Positions 1 to 6,230 of a stretch of DNA of 20,000 nucleotides are shown in pieces. The translations under genes were made by a program, and so were the position numbers. The stretch's first letter is position 1. Each line of letters starts with the position of its first letter. The notes under the pieces are model-generated. The model saw nothing but the letters and a program-made list of their open reading frames with translations, did no database searches and was not told the origin of the DNA. Source of the stretch: an uncultured virus (IMG/VR IMGVR_UViG_3300028559_000027) (lineage: Duplodnaviria; Heunggongvirae; Uroviricota; Caudoviricetes); the IMG/VR virus record IMGVR_UViG_3300028559_000027; one strand, 5' to 3'.

Positions 1-191
1 TCACTAAGTGCATATGAGTAGGTAGAACGTGTAATTGAAGTACCTTCTACATAATATTGTTCTACTACCTGCATAAAGGTTTCATAGTTAGGGCACATTG
101 TTCGGGTTACAATAAACATAACATTATCCTCGGACACTTCGTTTGCCATCAAACTATTCAAGCATCCACCAAGGCTAGTACCGATATACAT
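1..191 (-). CDS. Hypothetical protein, N-terminal part only; runs off the window edge; not in ORF track
   Basis: ATG at 191-189 overlaps the TGA of the upstream gene (TGATG). Frame MYIGTSLGGCLNSLMANEVSEDNVMFIVTRTMCPNYETFMQVVEQYYVEG... stays open to the window start. Confidence 0.75.
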   Translation of the reverse strand, partial: MYIGTSLGGCLNSLMANEVSEDNVMFIVTRTMCPNYETFMQVVEQYYVEGTSITRSTYSYALS

Positions 192-565
192 CATACAATC
201 ATCTTTCTATTTTGTTTAACATAATCACTATAAACCTTTTTGCCGTTCTCTCTAATCCATTCAACAACAGGTTGCGGATCAACTTCAAATGCTGTTTTAA
301 GTTCATCATAAGCCATTGTGCTATTAAACTCATAAATCTCATACGCACGTTGACTGTTTACTCTTGCACGGAGTAACATCATTTGTAATGGGATGCCTGA
401 TGGCTGGTCGGGGGTTCGTTGTTCTTTAAGAATAGCAACAACTTTTTGTTTTTCCCATTCGTTGTACTTACTCATATGTAAGTCAACATCATATAAACAT
501 TCAAGACCTAACATATCCCACATTGCAAGATAGTGTTTAGTTTTCTTCTTTCTTAAGGATGACAT
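191..565 (-). CDS. Hypothetical protein (124 aa)
   Basis: ORF is co-oriented with and overlaps its neighbours; no recognisable motif. Confidence 0.75.
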   Translation of the reverse strand: MSSLRKKKTKHYLAMWDMLGLECLYDVDLHMSKYNEWEKQKVVAILKEQRTPDQPSGIPLQMMLLRARVNSQRAYEIYEFNSTMAYDELKTAFEVDPQPVVEWIRENGKKVYSDYVKQNRKMIV

Positions 566-785
566 ATAACATTTCTGCTTTGTTAATTGCGTTTGCTAAT
601 GAAGGTTCTGTTTCTGCTAGTTTAAGAATTTCTTTCCACTCATACCATTTTGTAATGTAACGTTGGGAAGTATCTTCTTTAACCATTGTTCGGTCCGACG
701 ATCCACTCTTACGTGAATAGACCGTCTTGCCGCCATCTGGGCTTTCGTAAATAATTATTTCCTCACTAGACTTAATCATCGACAT
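537..785 (-). CDS. Hypothetical protein (~80 aa; start may be ATG at 779)
   Basis: ORF within the operon, containing IYESPDGGKTVYSR; no functional motif recognised. Confidence 0.75.
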   Translation of the reverse strand: MSMIKSSEEIIIYESPDGGKTVYSRKSGSSDRTMVKEDTSQRYITKWYEWKEILKLAETEPSLANAINKAEMLYVILKKEEN

Positions 786-882
786 CTTTTATCATTCCCA
801 AGAATCTAACTAAGGCAATAACAAAAAGCCAACATAAGCCCAATATAAGTATTGAAATTATAATATAGTCAAGCCAACTCAT
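772..882 (-). CDS. Small single-pass membrane protein (36 aa), not in ORF track
   Basis: ATG 882-880 overlaps the TAA of the vWA gene (TAATG). MSWLDYIIISILILGLCWLFVIALVRFLGMIKDVDD* has a ~20-residue hydrophobic stretch and fills the gap between neighbours. Confidence 0.7.
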   Translation of the reverse strand: MSWLDYIIISILILGLCWLFVIALVRFLGMIKDVDD

Positions 883-2153
883 TATTTTTCATCATAGATA
901 GCATACGTACCGAATGGGGGATTCGGATTCTTATCACCATGAATGATCCAAGTTGTATCACAATAGTCTGGGTCACCCCAACTACCACAAGGGTATCCAT
1001 CAGTGAATACAATCAATCGTTTTGGATCAATAGCATTCTCTTTCAAGTATGTAAAGATACAATCAAAGTCAGTTCCACCACCGCCCATTGGCTGATATTC
1101 TTCAATGCTTTCCATATTCTCACTAGAGAAATCTTGTGGGTTATATGTATCAGTATCAAAGCAGAATACGTGGACCTTGTAACCATCAAACGCATCCATC
1201 ATACCACCAATTTCACCTAAGAATTGTTGTGCTTGTTTGTTGCTGATACTACCTGACATATCGATTGATACGACAACATCAATTTCTTCTCCCGGTGTCA
1301 TGCCGGGCATGATAGCATCCATGTGCCAACCTCTGCGTGAGGGACGCATCCAACTGTAATCTGTACGAATAGCACTTGTCAAGTTAGTTTGAATCAGTTC
1401 ACGCCAGGGCATAACTGGGTTAGTATGCTGACGGATCAATCGTTCGACACCTAAGGGCAACTGACCTGCTTCTGCACTACTTGCGGCATTGATAATAGCT
1501 TGTTTAACTTCCTGACGTACACGTTCACGTTCTTCGGGACTCATTGAGGGACGTTTACCTTTACCCTCTTTATCCCCATCACCTTCGCCATCTCCGTCAC
1601 CATCCATATGGTCATCAATCATTTGATCCAGCAAATCTTCAATAGAAATTTTCTGAACATTTTTTATCAAATCATCATAGATAGCTTCTGCGGCTTTACC
1701 ATCATATTTTGATTCATATAAGCAAGGCACTGATGTAATAAACTGGCCAACTTTGTGACGTTTCAAATCTGCATTGACAGCATAGTCATCAGCAATATTC
1801 CAGATTTCAGGATCACGATTATCACGGCGACCCATATGATCGTACACCACGTGCAATACTTCGTGACCAACTAAAAATTCAACTTCTTTCGGCTTCAACA
1901 TCATAATGAAGCGACTATTGTAATAAAACTTCTGACCATCAGTTGCCGCAGTACTACACCATAGATCGGCATTGATAAGTTGCATACGTGTAGCAAGATT
2001 GCCAAAGAATGAATGACGTAATAGTAAACCAATACGTGCGGTGACTAACCTTTCACGTGCTAATGCATCAATTTTGCTATCTGTAGGTCCTACTAGATTT
2101 TCAAATTTCTTACTACGACTACGTTTTTTAGTGGGATTAAGTACTTCGCTCAT
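882..2153 (-). CDS. Predicted metallopeptidase-vWA domain protein (DUF2201-like), partner of the MoxR-type ATPase
   Basis: N-terminal TAATDG and HExxH (HEVLH) followed by WNIADDYAVN; acidic Gly/Asp linker; C-terminal MIDAS motifs DMSGS, GGGGTDF and FTDG. SD AAAGGA upstream. Confidence 0.88.
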   Translation of the reverse strand: MSEVLNPTKKRSRSKKFENLVGPTDSKIDALARERLVTARIGLLLRHSFFGNLATRMQLINADLWCSTAATDGQKFYYNSRFIMMLKPKEVEFLVGHEVLHVVYDHMGRRDNRDPEIWNIADDYAVNADLKRHKVGQFITSVPCLYESKYDGKAAEAIYDDLIKNVQKISIEDLLDQMIDDHMDGDGDGEGDGDKEGKGKRPSMSPEERERVRQEVKQAIINAASSAEAGQLPLGVERLIRQHTNPVMPWRELIQTNLTSAIRTDYSWMRPSRRGWHMDAIMPGMTPGEEIDVVVSIDMSGSISNKQAQQFLGEIGGMMDAFDGYKVHVFCFDTDTYNPQDFSSENMESIEEYQPMGGGGTDFDCIFTYLKENAIDPKRLIVFTDGYPCGSWGDPDYCDTTWIIHGDKNPNPPFGTYAIYDEK

Positions 2154-2179
2154 ATTGGTCCTTTACTGTTTATGTGTCT

Positions 2180-2208
2180 ATTATAGCAGAATTTCTATTT
2201 ATTGTCAA
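2180..2208 (-). promoter_or_regulatory. Sigma70-type promoter P1
   Basis: TTGACA (2208-2203), 17-nt spacer ATAAATAGAAATTCTGC, TATAAT (2185-2180): perfect consensus upstream of the vWA gene. Confidence 0.9.
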
Positions 2209-2357
2209 ATAGACAAGCCTCGATATCCTGCATCAAATGCAATACGTGCGTAATCCTGTGCGGACTCAATAGCATACAAGGCCATTCCTTGGTCCTTTGT
2301 CATTCCTTTTGACCGGGCACTTTGCCCCAATGCGTAAAAATATTTCTTACCTGACAT
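2205..2357 (-). CDS. Small hypothetical protein (50 aa), weak Rmf/CrpP-like pattern; not in ORF track
   Basis: MSGKKYFYALGQSARSKGMTKDQGMALYAIESAQDYARIAFDAGYRGLSI* fills the gap between the ATPase terminator and P1. Its TGA overlaps the -35 box of P1. Confidence 0.6.
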   Translation of the reverse strand: MSGKKYFYALGQSARSKGMTKDQGMALYAIESAQDYARIAFDAGYRGLSI

Positions 2358-2368
2358 TATATTTCTTT

Positions 2369-2395
2369 AAAAAAGGGTGAGCATTACACTCACCC
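2369..2395 (-). terminator. Intrinsic terminator after the AAA+ ATPase
   Basis: Minus strand GGGTGAG-TGTAATG-CTCACCC followed by TTTTTT, just past the stop codon. Confidence 0.85.
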
Positions 2396-2401
2396 ATTAA
2401 A

Positions 2402-3502
2402 TCACTCACCAGCTTGCACAATGTACTTGCCGTATTTCTTATGAAACTCATCAAAGTTTTTCAATTGACTTGGCTCAATCGGCAACTTGTATGTTTTCAA
2501 TGCAATCTTCGCACCCATTACAACCAACTCAGTCTCAAAGTTTGCCATAATGTAGTTAAAGAAGTTATCAGCCATTTCGTGGAACTTCTTACTGTCCACT
2601 TTCTTATTCTCAAGTGCATCACGCAATTCATAGCACATTGAAATAGTCAATGAATACATTGCCGAGATTTCTTTAACTGCAAGGTCCTTCACTTTGCCTG
2701 ACAAAATATCTGAGGGCTCGGGCATACGACCTGCAACTTTGCGGTGTGCCGCAAACTTAACAGCAAGACCTTCACCAACAGCTCCACTAATCAAATTGAA
2801 CAATGTATCGGCATCAGTGTCATCCTCATCATTCAACAAGTCACTAACGAAACACCAGCTACGTGGAGTAGCGAATGCACGGCTTGATGATTTACTATCA
2901 AACTCATACAGGTCCTGTTTAGCGAATGATAGATAACCTACAACGTCTTTGTGAATAGCTTTATTCACAGCCCAAGTCTGCCAAGCAGTAAAATCGGCTC
3001 GCATTTCTAAGTGTAAGAAACGATTAGCAAGGGGCATCGGCATACGATATGTAACACCTTTGTCAGAGTCACGATTACCTGCCGCAACAATAACAACGTT
3101 ATCGGGCAAGACATACTTACCTACACGACGGTTAAGAATCAACTGATAGCCTGCAGCCTGTACTGCGGGACTTGCTGAATTCATTTCATCTAAGAATAGA
3201 ACAACAATCGGGTATTGACTTGCTAATTCATCATCGGGCAAATCAACTGGTGCCGCCCAATCCATCTTATTGATATCACGATTGAAGTATGGAATACCAC
3301 GAATATCTGTAGGCTCCATTTGTGCCATACGCAAGTCAATCATATGACCGCCTAGTTCTGCCGTAACTTCTGCTACAACTTCACTCTTGCCAATACCGGG
3401 CGGACCCCATAAGAATAAGGGACGTTTTGCCTTGAAAGCTTTAAGAATAGCTTTGCGGGCTTGAACTGACGTAATCGTCAGATTATCTGATACTGATGCC
3501 AT
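2402..3502 (-). CDS. MoxR-like / AAA_5 family AAA+ ATPase
   Basis: Walker A GPPGIGKS, Walker B LFLDE, sensor-1 AAGN, arginine finger PLANRF, TPRSW motif. SD AGGAG upstream; adjacent to the vWA protein. Confidence 0.9.
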   Translation of the reverse strand: MASVSDNLTITSVQARKAILKAFKAKRPLFLWGPPGIGKSEVVAEVTAELGGHMIDLRMAQMEPTDIRGIPYFNRDINKMDWAAPVDLPDDELASQYPIVVLFLDEMNSASPAVQAAGYQLILNRRVGKYVLPDNVVIVAAGNRDSDKGVTYRMPMPLANRFLHLEMRADFTAWQTWAVNKAIHKDVVGYLSFAKQDLYEFDSKSSSRAFATPRSWCFVSDLLNDEDDTDADTLFNLISGAVGEGLAVKFAAHRKVAGRMPEPSDILSGKVKDLAVKEISAMYSLTISMCYELRDALENKKVDSKKFHEMADNFFNYIMANFETELVVMGAKIALKTYKLPIEPSQLKNFDEFHKKYGKYIVQAGE

Positions 3503-3533
3503 TAGATGCTCCTGTTGAAAATTTGATATATGA

Positions 3534-3562
3534 AGTATAGTCTAAAACTGATTTATTGTCAA
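3534..3562 (-). promoter_or_regulatory. Sigma70-type promoter P2
   Basis: TTGACA (3562-3557), spacer ATAAATCAGTTTTAGAC (17 nt), TATACT (3539-3534). Confidence 0.85.
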
Positions 3563-3571
3563 ATTTTGAGT

Positions 3572-3589
3572 TGTTGTTTATTTACAACA
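3572..3589. promoter_or_regulatory. Palindromic putative operator or activator site
   Basis: TGTTGT-TTATTT-ACAACA, a perfect 6-6-6 inverted repeat 9 nt upstream of the P2 -35 box and downstream of P3. Confidence 0.5.
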
Positions 3590-3634
3590 TCTGCCCACTT
3601 GATTAACTAGTCAGTTTCTAGCTTCAATACAAGT

Positions 3635-3663
3635 ATTGTATCACCGATTCGATTTATTGTCAA
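3635..3663 (-). promoter_or_regulatory. Sigma70-type promoter P3 (tandem with P2)
   Basis: TTGACA (3663-3658), spacer ATAAATCGAATCGGTGA (17 nt, with extended -10 TG), TACAAT (3640-3635). Confidence 0.82.
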
Positions 3664-3664
3664 A

Positions 3665-3961
3665 TTACGGCAGTTTTGTGTATGCTCTACTCAGCATAGT
3701 TTGCAATAGAGTACTGGCCCTACTTACGTTAAAGTTTTCTTGACGATAGTGCCATTTTTTCTTACGTTCTGCAATTTCTAGTAGGTCCATTAGTTGATAT
3801 TTGTCTTTTAAATCACTTGTGCCCATAAGCATTTTCTGCATATCTACAATATCTAAACTGTACTCTACCCATTTCATCGTGCTATCAATCTTTTTCTTAG
3901 GGATCATTAGTGGCCCATCGATTGATTTTGTGTACTTCAATACATAATTTGCTATCTTCAT
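3665..3961 (-). CDS. Hypothetical protein (98 aa)
   Basis: Has its own promoter (P4) and SD TAAGGA; no motif recognised. Confidence 0.75.
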   Translation of the reverse strand: MKIANYVLKYTKSIDGPLMIPKKKIDSTMKWVEYSLDIVDMQKMLMGTSDLKDKYQLMDLLEIAERKKKWHYRQENFNVSRASTLLQTMLSRAYTKLP

Positions 3962-3988
3962 AATAGGTCCTTAGTTAAGTGAAAGACT

Positions 3989-4017
3989 ATTATAGACCCA
4001 AAATGATTTATTGTCAA
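3989..4017 (-). promoter_or_regulatory. Sigma70-type promoter P4
   Basis: TTGACA (4017-4012), spacer ATAAATCATTTTGGGTC (17 nt), TATAAT (3994-3989). The -35 box overlaps the methyltransferase stop codon. Confidence 0.88.
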
Positions 4018-4619
4018 CTTTTAGGCAATGTGAAATACCAAATTGAGGTTGAAGGAATAATTGTAACCTTTTGTTTAAGCAAATCTTCCATATATTCTAC
4101 ATTTAAATTTACATCAGGGAAACCTTTATTATGGTGATCACCTTCATACCAATCATGACCCAAAAACATACCGCCTGGCTTAATTTTAGGTAACCAAAAA
4201 TCAATGTTGTCTCTATCATTTGGATTTTTATGTGATGCATCTAAAAATATAAAATCTATGGGTCTTGTCCAATCCTTTACTACTTCGGGACTAGAACCTT
4301 GTATGGCAACAATATTTTTTCGATTCTCTGTATTTTTTAAGAAAGTCTCTTTTGTGTTATAACTTCCTTTAGATGGCAAATTATTTTTGGCAATTACCTC
4401 ATCACTAAATTGAGGATCATACGAATCTCTACCATTCCAAAGATCAATACAATATAATGTGCCCTTATTGATTGCTATAGATATTGCATAACTACTTTTA
4501 CCATGCAGGCACCCTACTTCTACACCAACACAGTCTGGTTGATTGTATTTCCATAATAATTTAATTGTTTCTGTTTGATGTGAGCCAGAAAACCAACCCA
4601 AGATATTGTTCATTTTCAT
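4014..4619 (-). CDS. Class I SAM-dependent methyltransferase (Methyltransf_24-like)
   Basis: Motif I VEVGCLHGKS, then YCIDLW, IDFIFLDASH and LPKIKPGG..GHD. ATGA overlap with the upstream gene. Confidence 0.85.
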   Translation of the reverse strand: MKMNNILGWFSGSHQTETIKLLWKYNQPDCVGVEVGCLHGKSSYAISIAINKGTLYCIDLWNGRDSYDPQFSDEVIAKNNLPSKGSYNTKETFLKNTENRKNIVAIQGSSPEVVKDWTRPIDFIFLDASHKNPNDRDNIDFWLPKIKPGGMFLGHDWYEGDHHNKGFPDVNLNVEYMEDLLKQKVTIIPSTSIWYFTLPKS

Positions 4620-4870
4620 TTCATTAAATTCGCCATTAGTACTAGTTTTTCTAAGTGATTGATTGCTGTATTGATTTCTTTTACTTTATCATCAAGCATA
4701 GAGTATTTGCCTGTTCTACGTAGATTGACTTCTAGTTTGCTTAATTCACTTACCATTTTGTCAATGTTTTTGTGCATACGATGTAAGTCTGGATTGTAGC
4801 CAATGCCATTCATTTGACTACTTAAGTCAATGCTAACTTGATTCCAATCAATTGCATGTTGAATTTTCAT
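4616..4870 (-). CDS. Hypothetical helical protein (84 aa), probably a leaderless transcript
   Basis: ATG lies 6 nt after the -10 box of P5 with no SD; amphipathic helical pattern. Confidence 0.75.
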   Translation of the reverse strand: MKIQHAIDWNQVSIDLSSQMNGIGYNPDLHRMHKNIDKMVSELSKLEVNLRRTGKYSMLDDKVKEINTAINHLEKLVLMANLMK

Positions 4871-4876
4871 ATCGTT

Positions 4877-4905
4877 AATGTAACACAGTATGCTATTTAT
4901 GTCAA
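4877..4905 (-). promoter_or_regulatory. Sigma70-type promoter P5 with an embedded ATAAATA
   Basis: TTGACA (4905-4900), spacer TAAATAGCATACTGTGT (17 nt), TACATT (4882-4877). Confidence 0.7.
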
Positions 4906-4906
4906 T

Positions 4907-4929
4907 AAAAAAGGCTCCTAAGAGCCTTT
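4907..4929 (-). terminator. Intrinsic terminator abutting P5
   Basis: Minus strand AAAGGCTC-TTAG-GAGCCTTT followed by TTT (six T in total), downstream of the 4952 stop. Confidence 0.8.
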
Positions 4930-4951
4930 CTAGAGTTTCTGTTACGAGGTC

Positions 4952-5353
4952 TTATCTAGCAAAGTCATTAATTTCAGATGGTTTGAGTTTTGCAAATGAC
5001 GCTAATATTCTGGCTGCTTGTGTAGGATCTACTCCCGCACAAGTTAATGCATTTTTTAAGTCAATTGTCGTTGTAGCCCAAGCAAGAGTAACGGATTTAT
5101 TATATGCCCTCACATCCGTATTATATTGTTTTACAGAATAGTCTTTACTAAACGTAGGTTTCTTTGGTTTTTTTCTAATACCACTTGTTGACGCTGTATA
5201 TGAACTGAACAATGCCATATTAAGTTTATATACACTTTCTACATCAGGTAATGTTGTTCGTAGCCAAGTATTAAAATAATTGGGAATAATAACTAAATCT
5301 GCTATAAAAGTGCCATAACAGTTGGCGAATTCTTGTGGGGTAGTTGGTCTCAT
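4952..5353 (-). CDS. Hypothetical protein (133 aa; start revised from 5509 to ATG 5353)
   Basis: MRPTTPQEFANC... begins 5 nt after a GATAAATA box. The longer ORF call would overlap the divergent gene. Followed by a terminator. Confidence 0.65.
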   Translation of the reverse strand: MRPTTPQEFANCYGTFIADLVIIPNYFNTWLRTTLPDVESVYKLNMALFSSYTASTSGIRKKPKKPTFSKDYSVKQYNTDVRAYNKSVTLAWATTTIDLKNALTCAGVDPTQAARILASFAKLKPSEINDFAR

Positions 5354-5355
5354 AG

Positions 5356-5435
5356 TATTATTTATCTTTAACCAATAAAGAAAGTAATAAAATAGGCTAC
5401 TAATGCGTGATTTTTTCACGCATTGATAAATAATA
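5356..5435. promoter_or_regulatory. Divergent pair of T4-late-like promoters with a palindrome
   Basis: GATAAATAATA on minus (5366-5356) and on plus (5425-5435). AATGCGTGA-TTTTT-TCACGCATT (5402-5424) abuts the plus-strand box. Confidence 0.6.
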
Positions 5436-5449
5436 GAAAGGAGAAGTAT

Positions 5450-5938
5450 ATGGGTTTTATTTATATTTGGAGAGACAAAATACGCAAAATGTATTACGTG
5501 GGTTCGCACGACGGGTCTCCTAATGACGGATACATTTCATCCTCACATTGGTTAACAAGTGAAGTTAGATATAGACCACACGATTTTAAAAGACGCATTA
5601 TAAAAATGATTGAAGTAACTGATATGAAAACTGAAGAATATCGCCTATTGAATATGATTAAAGAAGATGAGTTTGGTAAAAAATATTATAACTTAAAGCA
5701 CGGCAAACCACGTGGCTCAGCACCGTGGAACAAAGGTAAAGTTAATATATACTCTGATGCAACTCTATCTAAAATGTCAGCCGCAAGAGTAGGAAAACCA
5801 ACAACTAAAGGTAAGGCAAATCCACAGGCTATTATTAATGGCAAAAAAGGAGCAAGTAAGTTATCATCTACTGTTACTGGTAGGAGAAAGAAAGTATTAC
5901 CTGACGGATCATGGACTTGGGAATATCCAAACAAATAG
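5450..5938 (+). CDS. Free-standing GIY-YIG (Seg-like) homing endonuclease with NUMOD3-like motif (162 aa)
   Basis: GFIY-X9-YYVGSH, Y.SSS, YYN, PWNKGK and YSDATLSKMSAARVGK. SD AAAGGAG at 5437-5443 supports ATG 5450. It is the only plausible plus-strand gene. Confidence 0.82.
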   Translation: MGFIYIWRDKIRKMYYVGSHDGSPNDGYISSSHWLTSEVRYRPHDFKRRIIKMIEVTDMKTEEYRLLNMIKEDEFGKKYYNLKHGKPRGSAPWNKGKVNIYSDATLSKMSAARVGKPTTKGKANPQAIINGKKGASKLSSTVTGRRKKVLPDGSWTWEYPNK

Positions 5939-5966
5939 GAGCCGAAGCTCCTATTGTGGTTTTTTA
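5934..5966. terminator. Bidirectional intrinsic terminator between the endonuclease and tmRNA
   Basis: AATAGGAGC-CGAA-GCTCCTATT, a 9-bp stem (cUUCGg loop on the minus strand) with T-rich tails on both strands. Confidence 0.85.
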
Positions 5967-6230
5967 TTTAATACAGTAAGTCCTACTGCACCTTAACCTC
6001 ACGCGGCTAAAGAATAAACGCTATCGTTTGCATTTATGGTTTTTGCTTCTTCGACCGGGTCACCCCAATCCTAACGGCTTCTGCTTTGCCGAGCTGTCCA
6101 CTCTGTTACTCTTTGCCCAATCGATCCTGTGTCATCCCCACCTAAATACACAACATACACTTAGGTGGAGATGGCCGGCACTGCCCCGGCGTCTTGAACT
6201 TATTTTACATCGTTTCATACAGCAATAACT
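5965..6230 (-). ncRNA. ssrA: Circularly permuted (two-piece) tmRNA
   Basis: Order on the minus strand: acceptor piece ...GTTCAA-GAC-GCCGG-GGCAGTG-CCGGC-CATCTCC-ACC (ends ~6164); a 24-nt intervening segment; then the coding piece starting GGGGATG (6139). GGGGATG/CATCTCC form a 7-bp acceptor stem with G3:U70 and A73. GGATCGA follows in the D-loop analogue, and TTGGGC pairs with GTTCAA. The tag frame follows ATAAAT. Outer ends are approximate. Confidence 0.93.
5999..6031 (-). other. tmRNA proteolysis tag reading frame (A)ANDSVYSLAA*
   Basis: GCA AAC GAT AGC GTT TAT TCT TTA GCC GCG TGA: canonical AND... start, C-terminal LAA, and typical UAAAU upstream of the resume codon. Confidence 0.92.

Noticed and set aside
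5406..5420. CRP-like site CGTGA-N5-TCACG
   Set aside because: The spacer is 5 nt rather than the required 6 and the half-sites are not TGTGA; kept only as a generic dyad.
5354..5509. N-terminal extensions of ORFs 4952..5509 and 5423..5938
   Set aside because: They overlap each other and the divergent promoter region. Promoter and SD positions support ATG 5353 and ATG 5450.
6133..6193. Possible tRNA gene
   Set aside because: A T-arm and acceptor stem are present, but there is no anticodon arm, the halves are in permuted order and a tag frame follows, so it is tmRNA.
6028..6228. 66-aa plus-strand ORF in the track
   Set aside because: It is antisense to the tmRNA, whose stems and tag frame explain the sequence; it has a TTG start and no SD.
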